Positions 29,351 to 38,983 of a DNA stretch of 64,000 bases are shown here, one piece after another. The DNA comes from Rhizomicrobium sp. (GTDB lineage Bacteria > Pseudomonadota > Alphaproteobacteria > Micropepsales > Micropepsaceae). Location: NCBI GenBank assembly GCA_036569005.1, contig DATCRK010000070.1, positions 20,534 through 84,533 on the forward strand, given 5' to 3'. The notes under the pieces were generated by a model. That model was not told where the DNA came from. It worked only from the letters and a program-made list of their open reading frames with translations, and made no database searches. The position numbers and the translations under genes were made by a program. Position 1 is the first letter of the stretch. The number at the start of each line of letters is the position of its first letter.

Positions 29351-29986
29351 CTAGTGCTTCACCTCAGCCACCAGCTTCAGCACATCGGGCAGGATCTTGC
29401 CCACAATGATCTTCACGCCCGCGGGATTGGGATGGATGCCGTCTTTCTGGTTCAGCTTCGGGTTCAAGGCCACCCCGTCCAGAATGAACGGGTAATAAAG
29501 CGCGCCGAAATCCTTAGCGAGCTTCGGATAGATCGCGTTGAATTTCGCTTCGTATTCCGGCCCGAAATTCTTGGGCGCCTGCATGCCGAGCAACAGCACT
29601 GGGATGTGCTGTGCCTTCAGCTTGGTGAGGATCGCGGTGAGGTTCTTCTCCGTCGATCCCGGATCGATGCCGCGCAGCGCGTCGTTCGAGCCCAGCTCGA
29701 TCATCGCCGCGTTAGGGTGATCCGCCAGCGACCAGTCCAGCCGCGACAGCCCGCCCGCAGAGGTGTCGCCCGAAACGCCCGCATTGATCACCGTCGCGTC
29801 GATGCCCTTCTTCTTCAATTCCGCTTGCAGCACGGCGGGGATCTCCGTTCCCGGCGGCAGGCCATAGCCCTGCGTCAGGCTGGTGCCGAGCGCGAGTATC
29901 TTCACCGGCGCGGCGGTGGCCGGCATGGCGAGCGAAAGAAACGCCGCGGCGATGATCCAGACCAGCTTGAATCGCTTATATGTCAT
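29351..29986 (-). CDS. SGNH/GDSL arylesterase-thioesterase (TesA-like), secreted
   Basis: Start MTYKRFKL at 29986 with a signal peptide. ILALGTSLTQGYG (block I), GVSGDTS, ELGSNDALRG, DGIHPN. Stop abuts the murJ start. Confidence 0.85.
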   Translation of the reverse strand: MTYKRFKLVWIIAAAFLSLAMPATAAPVKILALGTSLTQGYGLPPGTEIPAVLQAELKKKGIDATVINAGVSGDTSAGGLSRLDWSLADHPNAAMIELGSNDALRGIDPGSTEKNLTAILTKLKAQHIPVLLLGMQAPKNFGPEYEAKFNAIYPKLAKDFGALYYPFILDGVALNPKLNQKDGIHPNPAGVKIIVGKILPDVLKLVAEVKH

Positions 29987-30047
29987 GCCATATCGCCTAT
30001 CATGCCCTTGTGCTTCGCGCGACTGCGGGGCCTTCCATTGAGGCCTC

Positions 30048-30728
30048 ATGACCGCCGCCATCGCCCTTCATGACATAAGACTCACATTGTCCAGCGCCGC
30101 CGGCCCGGTGAACATCCTCTCGGGCGTTTCGCTCACCGTCGCGCCGGGCGAGACCATCGCCCTGCTCGGCCCGTCCGGCTCCGGCAAGTCGTCGCTGCTG
30201 ATGGTCGCCGCCGGACTGGAAGCGCCGACAAGCGGGCGCGTCTCCATCGCGGGAACGGACATCACGAAACTTGGCGAAGACGAACTGGCGCGCTTCCGGC
30301 GCGGGCATATCGGCATCGTGTTTCAGTCTTTTCATCTCATCCCGACGATGACGACACTGGAAAACGTCACCGTGCCGCTGGAGCTTGCCGGCGCGCGCGA
30401 CGCGTTCGACCGCGCGAAAGCGGAACTCGAAGCCGTCGGCCTCGGCAAGCGTCTCGATCATTATCCGGGACAACTCTCCGGTGGCGAGCAGCAGCGCGTT
30501 GCGCTGGCGCGCGCGATTGCGCCGCGCCCCGGCGTTCTCTTCGCAGACGAGCCCACCGGCAATCTCGACACGCATACGGGCGAGGAAATCTCCGAGCTTT
30601 TGTTCGCACTGCACGCCCGCGCGAAGACGACGTTGTTTCTGGTCACGCATGAGGAGCGGCTGGCGCAGCAATGCAGCCGCATCGTCCGCCTGCAGGACGG
30701 CCTGATTGTGGCGGACGATCGCAAATGA
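30048..30728 (+). CDS. ABC transporter ATP-binding protein (YbbA/LolD-like)
   Basis: GPSGSGKSSLL, LSGGEQQRVALARA, LFADEPTGNLD. Divergent from the TesA-like gene, as in the tesA-ybbA-ybbP arrangement. Confidence 0.9.
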   Translation: MTAAIALHDIRLTLSSAAGPVNILSGVSLTVAPGETIALLGPSGSGKSSLLMVAAGLEAPTSGRVSIAGTDITKLGEDELARFRRGHIGIVFQSFHLIPTMTTLENVTVPLELAGARDAFDRAKAELEAVGLGKRLDHYPGQLSGGEQQRVALARAIAPRPGVLFADEPTGNLDTHTGEEISELLFALHARAKTTLFLVTHEERLAQQCSRIVRLQDGLIVADDRK

Positions 30729-33256
30729 GTTCACTTGCGCTGGCGGTAAGATGGGCGCGGCGCGAATTGCGCGGCGGGTTGTCGGGCTTTCGCATCTTCT
30801 TCGCCTGCCTTGTTCTGGGCGTGATGGCGATCGCCGGCGTCGGTTCGCTGGCGGATGCAATGCTGGCGGGCATGGCGAGCCAGGGCCGCGTGCTGCTCGG
30901 CGGCGATGTGTCGGCGCAGCTTGTCCATTGGGAGACGACGGCGCAGGAACATGCGTGGCTCGCGGCGCGCGGCAAGGTGTCCGAAATCGCGATGCTGCGC
31001 GGCATGGGCTATGCGATCAAGAACGGTCGGGAAGCCGAACGCTCGCTGATCGAGATCAAAGCCGTCGATGGGGCATATCCGCTTTACGGCCGCGCGGAGC
31101 TTTCACCGTCAACACCGCTGCGTGCGGCGCTGGCATGCACCGCCACCCTCTGCGGCGCGGCGGCGGAACAGACCTTGCTCGATCACCTGCACATGAAGCT
31201 GGGCGACACGCTGCGCATCGGTACGCAGAACTTCCGTATCGCCACCGTTCTGGCGAGCGAACCGGATCGGTTGTCGGGCGGATTCAGCCTCGGCCCGCAT
31301 GTGATGCTGTCGATGGCGGGGCTGAAACGCACCGGCCTCGTCACCATCGGCACGCTGATGAACTACGACTATCGCGTGGCGCTCGCGCCCGGCGCCGACG
31401 TGAAAGCGTTTCGCCGCGAGGCCAACGCCGCATTCCCCGACGCCGGCTGGGAATTGCACGACCGCACCGACGCCGCGCCCGGCACGCGCCGCTTCATCGA
31501 GCAGGTGTCGATGTTCCTGACGCTGGTGGGCCTCACCGCGCTGGCCGTCGCCGGTGTCGGCGCGGGGCAAGCGGTGAGTGCGTTCCTCGACCGCAAGCGC
31601 GAAGAAATCGCCACGCTCAAATCGCTCGGCGCGGAAGGCGGACTGATCTTTCTCGCCTTCTTCCTGCAAGTGATGGCGATAGCGTTGCTGGCCGTGATCA
31701 TCGGATTGATCCTCGGCGCGATCACGCCGATTGCCGTGGGCTATTTCTTCGGTGATCAAATTCCCGCGCCCGCGATCTACACCGTCTATGCCGGACCGCT
31801 GATCCTCGCGGCGATCTTCGGATTGCTCTCCGCCGCCGCATTTTCCATTCCGCCGCTGGCGCGCGCGCGCGAAATCGCGCCGGCCAGTCTCTTTCGCGAT
31901 ATCGTTGCGCCGTCCGACGCGCGTGGACGGCTACCTTATCTCATAGCGGCGGGGTTATGCGGCTTGATCGTGATCGCGCTGGCGACATTCACCTCGCCCT
32001 ATCCCACCTTCGCGCTGTGGTTCGTCGCGGGTGCGGCGGGCGCGTTGATCGTGCTGCGCCTCGTCGCGATGGGGCTGCGCTGGGCGCTGCGGCGCGTGCC
32101 GCGTCCATCCAACGCGACGTGGCGGCTCGCACTCGCCAATCTCACCCGTCCCGGCGCGGCGACGGCTTCGGTTGTCGTCGCGCTCGGTCTGGGCCTTACG
32201 TTGCTGGCGACCGTGACGTTGCTCGACAACACGATCTCGTCGCAGGTGAAGGACGCCCTGCCCGGCACCGCGCCGAGCTTCTTCTTCGTCGATATCCAGC
32301 CCGACGAAACGCAGGCGTTCGACGCCACCATCCATCGCTTCAAATCCGCGAGCGACTACAAGCGTTCGCCGATGATCCGCGGGCGCATCACCGCGCTGAA
32401 CGGCGTGCCGTCGAAAGACGTGAAGGTGGACAAGAGCGCGCGCTGGGTGCTGAACGGCGACCGCGGCATCACCTATGCCACAACGCCCCCTGACCATACC
32501 GAGATCATGTCGGGCAAGTGGTGGCCCGAGCATTATGAAGGCCCGACACAGATCTCCTTCGACGGCGATCTGGCGCCGGATTTGGGACTGAAGCTCGGCA
32601 GCAAGATCACGCTCAACGTGCTCGGCCGCGAACTCACCGGCACCATCACCAGCTTCCGCCATGTGGACTTCACCAACGGGCGGCAGAACTTCGTGATGAT
32701 CCTGTCGCCGGGGCTGATCGACAAGGCGCCGCACAATTTCCTTGCCACCGTGCGCGTGGAAGGCGCGGACGAGGAAGCGATGTATCGTGCCGTCACCGAC
32801 AAATTCCCCAACGTCTCGACCGTGCGCGTGAAAGACGCCATCGCGGCCGTGAATGGCTTGCTGCAGCAACTCTCCGACGGCGTGCGCGCGGCGAGCCTCG
32901 TCACCATCCTCGCCGGATTGTTCGTGCTCGCGGGCGCAATCAGCGCCGGGCAGCGCGCGCGGCTTTACGACTCCACGGTGCTGAAGGTTCTCGGCGCCAC
33001 GCGCGCGCGCATCGCGTCGGTCTATGCCATCGAGTACGGCTTGATCGGCGTCATCACGGGCGCTATCGCGCTGGCGGCCGGAACGCTCGGCGCATGGCTG
33101 GTGGTGAAATATGTCTTCGATGTCGATCTGGTGTTCGACGCCGGCGCGGCGTTGCTGACCGTGGCCGGCGGTGGCACGGCGACGTTGCTGTTCGGATTGG
33201 GCGCGGCGTGGGCCGCGCTGTCCGCCAAGCCCGCCGCCCTGTTGCGCGCGCCCTAG
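30725..33256 (+). CDS. FtsX-like ABC transporter permease (YbbP-like, duplicated FtsX domains)
   Basis: ATGA overlap with the ATPase gene. About 10 TM segments with two large periplasmic loops. 843 aa. Confidence 0.85.
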   Translation: MSSLALAVRWARRELRGGLSGFRIFFACLVLGVMAIAGVGSLADAMLAGMASQGRVLLGGDVSAQLVHWETTAQEHAWLAARGKVSEIAMLRGMGYAIKNGREAERSLIEIKAVDGAYPLYGRAELSPSTPLRAALACTATLCGAAAEQTLLDHLHMKLGDTLRIGTQNFRIATVLASEPDRLSGGFSLGPHVMLSMAGLKRTGLVTIGTLMNYDYRVALAPGADVKAFRREANAAFPDAGWELHDRTDAAPGTRRFIEQVSMFLTLVGLTALAVAGVGAGQAVSAFLDRKREEIATLKSLGAEGGLIFLAFFLQVMAIALLAVIIGLILGAITPIAVGYFFGDQIPAPAIYTVYAGPLILAAIFGLLSAAAFSIPPLARAREIAPASLFRDIVAPSDARGRLPYLIAAGLCGLIVIALATFTSPYPTFALWFVAGAAGALIVLRLVAMGLRWALRRVPRPSNATWRLALANLTRPGAATASVVVALGLGLTLLATVTLLDNTISSQVKDALPGTAPSFFFVDIQPDETQAFDATIHRFKSASDYKRSPMIRGRITALNGVPSKDVKVDKSARWVLNGDRGITYATTPPDHTEIMSGKWWPEHYEGPTQISFDGDLAPDLGLKLGSKITLNVLGRELTGTITSFRHVDFTNGRQNFVMILSPGLIDKAPHNFLATVRVEGADEEAMYRAVTDKFPNVSTVRVKDAIAAVNGLLQQLSDGVRAASLVTILAGLFVLAGAISAGQRARLYDSTVLKVLGATRARIASVYAIEYGLIGVITGAIALAAGTLGAWLVVKYVFDVDLVFDAGAALLTVAGGGTATLLFGLGAAWAALSAKPAALLRAP

Positions 33257-33284
33257 ACGCCTTCATTTGGAAAACAAAACTAGA

Positions 33285-33318
33285 TTGTCGTGGCCCACTC
33301 TCCGGTGGGCCATGACAA
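33285..33318. repeat. solo hairpin related to family C
   Basis: TTGTCGTGGCCCA-ctctccgg-TGGGCCATGACAA, between convergent genes. Confidence 0.6.
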
Positions 33319-33348
33319 GTTATGGAGTTTGTCGATAACGATTGCGCA

Positions 33349-33870
33349 CTAAACCGCCACGAACGCTTTGGGATATTCCAATCTCCACCTGCCAACGGAG
33401 AGGGCGTGCTCGCGCAATTCCATAGCCTGGAAATGCGGACCGGCATAAGCGCAATCGAAAACCTGCGCGGCTTCGAGGGAAAAACCGAAGCGCTCGTAAT
33501 AGGCGACATCCCCCAGCACCGTCACCGCATCGAAGTCGAGCGCCTTGCAGCGCGCCAAGCCTTCGCGGATCAGCGCGGAGCCGATGCCGCTTTTCTGGCG
33601 ATCGATCCGCGCACTAACCGGCGCAAGCGCTGCCACTTTCAGCGTCGCCGGTTCGACTGTAAGTCGGCTGAACAGCACATGGCCGACGATCTCGCCATTC
33701 GCCATCGCTGCCAGTTCCACAGCCACGTCGCCATCCGCGCGCAACTTTGCGATCAGCGCCGCTTCGCCGTCGCCGGAGCCGTATGTCCGGGCGAAGGCTT
33801 TCCGCGTCATCGCCGCGATATCCACGGCGTATTCCGCGCAGTTCGTGACAATCGTGAAAGGTGCCTTCAT
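33349..33870 (-). CDS. GNAT family N-acetyltransferase
   Basis: RIDRQKSGIGSALIREGLARCKA and YYERFGF. 173 aa. Confidence 0.8.
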   Translation of the reverse strand: MKAPFTIVTNCAEYAVDIAAMTRKAFARTYGSGDGEAALIAKLRADGDVAVELAAMANGEIVGHVLFSRLTVEPATLKVAALAPVSARIDRQKSGIGSALIREGLARCKALDFDAVTVLGDVAYYERFGFSLEAAQVFDCAYAGPHFQAMELREHALSVGRWRLEYPKAFVAV

Positions 33871-33978
33871 CCCTTTATGGTGCCTATATTTTTCGCGCTT
33901 TTTGGCAACTTGATCCCCTCTCCGCGAACCACCATATTATGTGAGACTCGCCGAAACCCGGCGGGCAAAGGAGATTTC

Positions 33979-34746
33979 ATGGCTGACTACGACAACCGCG
34001 TCGCGCGCGCCTCAACGACCGTCGATTATATCGACGCGGGTCTGCGCGGATACATGCTGCGCATCTACAATTACATGCTGGCGGGCCTGGTGGTCACCGG
34101 TTTGACCTCCTACGGCACCTTCCTCGCCGCGGTGACGGACAATCCGGCCAACGCGGCCGCGCGCCTGCCCGGCGGCATCATGCTGACGAGCTTCGGCGTC
34201 ACGCTGTTCACCGGCCCTCTGATGTGGGTGCTGCTGTTCGCGTCGCTCGGCCTCGTGCTGTTCCTCAGCTTCCGCATCAACAAGATGAGTGTCGGCGCCG
34301 CCCAGGCGAGCTTCCTGGGGTATGCCGCGCTGGTCGGCGTGACCTTCGCCTCGCTGTTCGTGGTCTATACCTACGCCTCGATCGCGCAGGTGTTCTTCAT
34401 CACCGCTGCGACCTTCGGCGCGATGAGCCTGTGGGGCTACACCACGAAGACCGACCTCACCGGCTTCGGCCACTTCCTGATCATGGGCCTGTTCGGCATT
34501 ATCATCGCGTCGGTGGTGGGCTTCTTCTGGCACTCGACGATGCTGCAGTGGGTGATCTCGGTCGCCGGCGTGCTGATCTTCACGGGCCTCACCGCCTATG
34601 ACACGCAGGCGCTGAAATACAGCTACGTCGCCAACGAGGATTCGACGGTCACCGGCCGCAAGGCGATTTTCGGCGCGCTGAAGCTGTATCTGGATTTCAT
34701 CAACCTGTTCCTGATGCTGCTGCGCCTGATGGGCAACCGCCGCTAG
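33979..34746 (+). CDS. Bax inhibitor-1/YccA family membrane protein
   Basis: GLRGYMLRIYNYMLAGLVVTG and C-terminal GALKLYLDFINLFLMLLRLMG. ATG at 33979 preceded by AAAGGAG. Confidence 0.9.
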   Translation: MADYDNRVARASTTVDYIDAGLRGYMLRIYNYMLAGLVVTGLTSYGTFLAAVTDNPANAAARLPGGIMLTSFGVTLFTGPLMWVLLFASLGLVLFLSFRINKMSVGAAQASFLGYAALVGVTFASLFVVYTYASIAQVFFITAATFGAMSLWGYTTKTDLTGFGHFLIMGLFGIIIASVVGFFWHSTMLQWVISVAGVLIFTGLTAYDTQALKYSYVANEDSTVTGRKAIFGALKLYLDFINLFLMLLRLMGNRR

Positions 34747-34769
34747 AGGGAATCAGCCCCGAACGCAGA

Positions 34770-34799
34770 AAGCCCCGGTGGAAACACCGGGGCTTTTTC
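34770..34799 (+). terminator. Rho-independent terminator
   Basis: AGCCCCGGTG-gaaa-CACCGGGGCT followed by TTTTT. 24 nt after the BI-1 stop. Confidence 0.85.
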
Positions 34800-34813
34800 G
34801 TTAAGGGAACGTC

Positions 34814-35356
34814 ATGGAAGAGAAGCCGTCCGTCATTCCCGTCGAACTCGTCGCGCATCGCGCGGAATGGGCGCGAATGGCGGCTGCGGAAAGCGCACGG
34901 TTGAAGGCGGCGCTGGGCGACACGCTCATCACTGTGCATCACGTCGGCTCCACCGCCATTCCGAACATCATGGCCAAGCCGATCGTGGATCTGATGCCGA
35001 CTGTGCGCGATCTGGCGGCGCTCGACGCGAAGGAAGAGATCGTGCGCGGCCTCGGCTACAAATGGCATGGCGAATTTGGGCTGGAAGGCCGCCGCTTCTG
35101 CACCTGGGCCGATCCGCAAACCGGCACGCGCGTCTATCAGCTTCACTTCTTCCGGCCGGACAACATCAACGCCATCCGCATGCTGGCCTTCCGCGATTAC
35201 CTGCGCAGCCATCCTTTCGTGGCGAAAGCCTATGAGATGGAGAAGCTGCGCGCCGCGTCGCTGCAGCCGGAAGATACGACCGCCTACAACCGCGAGAAAA
35301 ACGACTGGATAAAGCGCGTCGAGCAGGACGCGATGGCATGGGCGGAGAACAAATAA
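34814..35356 (+). CDS. GrpB family protein (UPF0157)
   Basis: HHVGSTAIPNIMAKPIVDLM and HFFRPD, typical GrpB motifs. 180 aa. Confidence 0.85.
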   Translation: MEEKPSVIPVELVAHRAEWARMAAAESARLKAALGDTLITVHHVGSTAIPNIMAKPIVDLMPTVRDLAALDAKEEIVRGLGYKWHGEFGLEGRRFCTWADPQTGTRVYQLHFFRPDNINAIRMLAFRDYLRSHPFVAKAYEMEKLRAASLQPEDTTAYNREKNDWIKRVEQDAMAWAENK

Positions 35357-35388
35357 CTTTCTTCCCCCGTTTACGGGGGAGGAAAGTT
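35356..35388. terminator. solo family-B hairpin acting as putative bidirectional terminator
   Basis: AACTTTCTTCCCCCG-TTTA-CGGGGGAGGAAAGTT fills the 30-bp gap between convergent genes. Confidence 0.65.
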
Positions 35389-35815
35389 ATTCGCTGGACA
35401 GTGCTTTCAGCAGCTTGCCCGCAAACACACGCAAAACATTTTCCAGTTCGTGCCCGCGCTTGAGGATGCGCCCACCCGCATCGATCACCGCATACATGCC
35501 CTGCTTGTTGCGCAGTTGCGGCCGCTTCTCCACGCGATAGAGCGGCATCTCGGCCGTGCGGCGGAAGATTGAGAACACCGCGGCGTCGTCGCCGAAGTCG
35601 AGCGCGTAATCGCGCCACTCGCCGGCGGCGACCATGCGTCCGTAGATGTTCAGAATCTGGTTCAGCTCGCGCCGGTCATAACGCACCTGCGCTGCGGTGA
35701 AGCCGCCGCCGCTCCAATGTCCCGTCCGCGCGGTTGAGCGTTGTTCCGCGCGGAGGAACGCTATGGGTTCCTCTGCCATTGGGGAAAGTGTGATCCTCCC
35801 CGCGCGGCCCTGCAA
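35387..35815 (-). CDS. DUF2794-like protein
   Basis: YDRRELNQILNIYGRMVAAGEWRDYALDF...FSIFRRTAEMPLYRVEK. Alternative start at 35779. Confidence 0.7.
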   Translation of the reverse strand: MQGRAGRITLSPMAEEPIAFLRAEQRSTARTGHWSGGGFTAAQVRYDRRELNQILNIYGRMVAAGEWRDYALDFGDDAAVFSIFRRTAEMPLYRVEKRPQLRNKQGMYAVIDAGGRILKRGHELENVLRVFAGKLLKALSSE

Positions 35816-35818
35816 GCC

Positions 35819-36475
35819 CTATCGTTTCCGTGCCAGCATCACGCCGTCGCCGATGGTGGTGAGCGCCACGTCAACCCGTTCGTCGGCGTGAATCTTCTTG
35901 TTCAGCGCACGGATGGCTACGGTGTTCGTGTCGGTGTTGGAGGAATCGGCCACCGCGCCGCTCCACAGCATGTTGTCCAGCGCGATCAGCCCACCCTGCC
36001 GCACCAGCTTCAGTGCGCGCTCGTAATAGGCGTCGTAGTTCGGCTTGTCGGCATCGATGAACACGAAGTCGAACGGGCCCTCCTTGGCCGCGATCATGCG
36101 GTCCATCTCGTCCACCGCCGGACCGAGGCGCAGATCGATCTTTCCGTCCACGCCCGCTTCTTTCCAGTATTTGCGGGCGCGGTCGGTGAACTCCTTGCTC
36201 ACGTCGAGGCACACGACCTTGCCGTTCGCGGGCAGCGCTTGCACGACCGACAGAGCGCTGTAGCCGGTGAAGGTGCCTATCTCGAGATAGCGCGTCGCGC
36301 CGATGAGTTTTGCGACGAGCGCCATGAACGCGCCCTGGTCGGCGCCGATCTGCATCATCGCCATCGGCATCTGCGCCGTTTCTTCGCGGCAGCGAATCTG
36401 CGCCGCGGATTCGCGCGCGCCATTCGCATCCACATAGGCTTCCAGTTGATCGTTTCCGCGCAGCATTCGTCCCAT
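35819..36475 (-). CDS. class I SAM-dependent O-methyltransferase (caffeoyl-CoA OMT family)
   Basis: YLEIGTFTGYSALSV, FDFVFIDADKPNY, GGLIALDNMLWSG. 218 aa. Confidence 0.88.
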   Translation of the reverse strand: MGRMLRGNDQLEAYVDANGARESAAQIRCREETAQMPMAMMQIGADQGAFMALVAKLIGATRYLEIGTFTGYSALSVVQALPANGKVVCLDVSKEFTDRARKYWKEAGVDGKIDLRLGPAVDEMDRMIAAKEGPFDFVFIDADKPNYDAYYERALKLVRQGGLIALDNMLWSGAVADSSNTDTNTVAIRALNKKIHADERVDVALTTIGDGVMLARKR

Positions 36476-36729
36476 GGTTGTCGTCCCAAATTTGTCACAG
36501 CCAAATAATCAAATACTCATCAAATAACAAGTCATTTCCGCAAAAACGCCGCTTTTCGGGCTTGTTCAGGCCGCGTTCGCTGGCGAAAACACCTGCGTCG
36601 GCTGGCTGCGTTACGTGGCGATCCGGAAGACATCTGCCCCCCAGCCCCTACCGGGTTGCCCTGGTCAGCCGACATTTCCTTCTCCCCCACTTCAAGCCAC
36701 CCTCTCCCGAAAGTCATCGGGAGGAATGC

Positions 36730-37464
36730 ATGCGTTTGAAGGACCGCGCCGCGATCGTCACCGGCGCTGCATCTGGCATCGGCAAAGCCACCGCGCAATT
36801 GTTCGCCGAAGAAGGCGCGAGGGTGCTGGCCGTCGATCTGCCGGACAAAGGCCTGGCGGCCAATCACACCAATGTCGTGACGTTCGAGAAAAGCGTCGGC
36901 GACATCGATGCGGCGGAGAAGATCGTCGGCGAAGCGGTGAAGCGCTTCGGCAAGCTCGACATCCTGATGAACAATGCCGGCGTCTCGTCCTCCACGCGCA
37001 TCGAAGCGATGACGGAGGAGATCTGGCAGCGCGAGATCAACATCAATCTCTCCGCGCAGATGCGGCTGTGCCAGAAAGCGCTTCCCTATCTGAAAGAGTC
37101 GTCCGCAGGACGCATCGTCAATGTGGCGTCGGTGATGGCGGAAGGCACCGATTACGGCCTCTCCGCCTATTGCGCGTCCAAGGCCGGTGTCGCGGGTCTC
37201 ACGCGCACGCTTGCGCTCGAGCTGGGCAAGTTCGGCATCACGGCGAATTACCTGGAGCCCGGCGCGATCAAGACGGGCATGACCAGCGGTTTGTGGGACG
37301 CGCGGCCCGACATCGCGGAGATCTGGGCGAAGAAAGCGGCGCTGCGCCGCCTCGGACAGCCCATCGACCTGGCACGCGCGGCGCTCTTTCTCGCCAGCGA
37401 CGACGGCGGCTTCGTCACGGGACATGGCCTTGTCGTGGATGGCGGCTTGATGCTGCGCGTTTAG
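36730..37464 (+). CDS. SDR family oxidoreductase
   Basis: MRLKDRAAIVTGAASGIGKA, NNAG, YCASKAG. ATG at 36730 preceded by GGGAGGA. Confidence 0.88.
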   Translation: MRLKDRAAIVTGAASGIGKATAQLFAEEGARVLAVDLPDKGLAANHTNVVTFEKSVGDIDAAEKIVGEAVKRFGKLDILMNNAGVSSSTRIEAMTEEIWQREININLSAQMRLCQKALPYLKESSAGRIVNVASVMAEGTDYGLSAYCASKAGVAGLTRTLALELGKFGITANYLEPGAIKTGMTSGLWDARPDIAEIWAKKAALRRLGQPIDLARAALFLASDDGGFVTGHGLVVDGGLMLRV

Positions 37465-37862
37465 CGGCGGCCCATTTTCTTCAGGTTCGCGGACATCTGC
37501 CCGAACAATCCGCCCACCGCGCCGGTGACGACGCAGATCGTCGTGAACAGCGGAATGATGCGCGTGGGCGCATCGTGCAGGGCCACGGACACGCCAAGGC
37601 CGATCAAGGCCGATACGCCACCGATAATCGCGGCGATGGTGGCGCTGGTGAAATATCCTTTGCCGGTATCCATCGCGTAGAGATAACCGGCCACGGCAGA
37701 AATTGTCATGCCGCCCAGCAGGAAACCTTGCTGCTCGATGTAGACGATGAAATGCGTGGCGATCATCAAGGCGATCTCAAGAACCACGCCGACGATCAGG
37801 GCGCGAACAAAGACGCGGATATCAATCACGAAACACCCGGGAAAGGTTGGAATGAAATTCAT
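37461..37862 (-). CDS. membrane protein (hypothetical)
   Basis: Four hydrophobic segments. Convergent 4-nt overlap with the SDR gene. The start is uncertain. Confidence 0.45.
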   Translation of the reverse strand: MNFIPTFPGCFVIDIRVFVRALIVGVVLEIALMIATHFIVYIEQQGFLLGGMTISAVAGYLYAMDTGKGYFTSATIAAIIGGVSALIGLGVSVALHDAPTRIIPLFTTICVVTGAVGGLFGQMSANLKKMGRR

Positions 37863-38020
37863 TCTCCCCGCTTTGCCGCGACGATCAAATCTTCAAAGCG
37901 TTTTTCCGGTCAAATTCGCGGGAACCTGCCCATGACCGAGCTTTAAGGAACTTGTCCTTGCGGTGCTCGCCCGATTCCCGTTAAGCCCTTGGCCGGGGGC
38001 ATTTTCTTCGTTTGCGAGCG

Positions 38021-38983
38021 ATGATCGAAATCGAGGGACTGACAAAGCATTTCGGCGCACACGCCGCCGTAGCCGGGATCGACCTGAAGGTCGGCAAAGG
38101 CGAAGTGCTGGGTTTCCTCGGTCCCAACGGCGCCGGCAAGTCGACCACGATGAAGATGGTCACCGGATTTCTCACGCCCACGAAGGGCCGCGTGTCGGTG
38201 TGCGGGCACGATGTCGAGACCGATACGCTCGCGGCGCAGAAAGCCATCGGTTATCTGCCGGAAGGCGCGCCGGCCTATGGCGACATGACTCCGCGCCAAT
38301 TCCTCGGCTTCATCGCGCGCGTGCGCGGCTATGACGGCGCAGCGCTCAAGGAGCGCGTCGATGCCGCCGTTGCCAAGACCGACCTCGATCCGGTTCTCGA
38401 TCAGCCCATCGACACATTGTCGAAGGGCTTCAAGCGCCGCGTCGGGCTGGCGCAGGCGATCCTGCACGACCCGCCGGTGCTCATCATGGACGAGCCGACG
38501 GACGGCCTCGATCCCAACCAGAAACATTCCGTGCGCAACCTCATCCGCGCGATGGCGAAGGAAAAGGCGATCATCGTTTCCACCCATCTTCTCGAAGAAG
38601 TGGAAGCAATCTGCACCCGCGCCGTCATCATCGATCGCGGCCGCGTGGTGGCCGACGGCACGCCCGCGCAATTGCTCGCGCGCTCGCGCCACCACAACGC
38701 AGTGACGCTGGTAGTGCCGGCGAAGGACGCGGACGGCATCACCTCCAAGCTTCGCACCATCCCGGCGATTGCGACGGTCGAGCAAACCGCGGGCAGCGGT
38801 GGCGGCGTGCAACTCACCGCCTTCCCCAAAGGCGGCGCGCTTCTGATCGAAGAGATCGGCCGCATGGCAGCGGACGACGAATGGAAGGTGCAGGAGCTTT
38901 ACGCCGAGCCCGGCCGTCTCGACGAAGTGTTCCGCGCCATCACCACGCATGATGCGGCGCGTGCCCGCGAGGCGCGCGCATGA
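38021..38983 (+). CDS. ABC transporter ATP-binding protein (GldA-like, ABC-2 subfamily)
   Basis: GPNGAGKSTTM, LSKGFKRRVGLA, VLIMDEPTDGLD, plus a C-terminal extension. ATG at 38021 (alternative 38012). Confidence 0.88.
   Translation: MIEIEGLTKHFGAHAAVAGIDLKVGKGEVLGFLGPNGAGKSTTMKMVTGFLTPTKGRVSVCGHDVETDTLAAQKAIGYLPEGAPAYGDMTPRQFLGFIARVRGYDGAALKERVDAAVAKTDLDPVLDQPIDTLSKGFKRRVGLAQAILHDPPVLIMDEPTDGLDPNQKHSVRNLIRAMAKEKAIIVSTHLLEEVEAICTRAVIIDRGRVVADGTPAQLLARSRHHNAVTLVVPAKDADGITSKLRTIPAIATVEQTAGSGGGVQLTAFPKGGALLIEEIGRMAADDEWKVQELYAEPGRLDEVFRAITTHDAARAREARA

Noticed and set aside
36581-36596. A sigma-54-like string TGGCGAAAACACCTGC in the 254-bp region upstream of the SDR gene.
   Set aside because: The GG-to-GC spacing is one nucleotide longer than the -24/-12 consensus, the flanking bases do not match TGGCAC-N5-TTGC, and no enhancer-binding protein gene is nearby.
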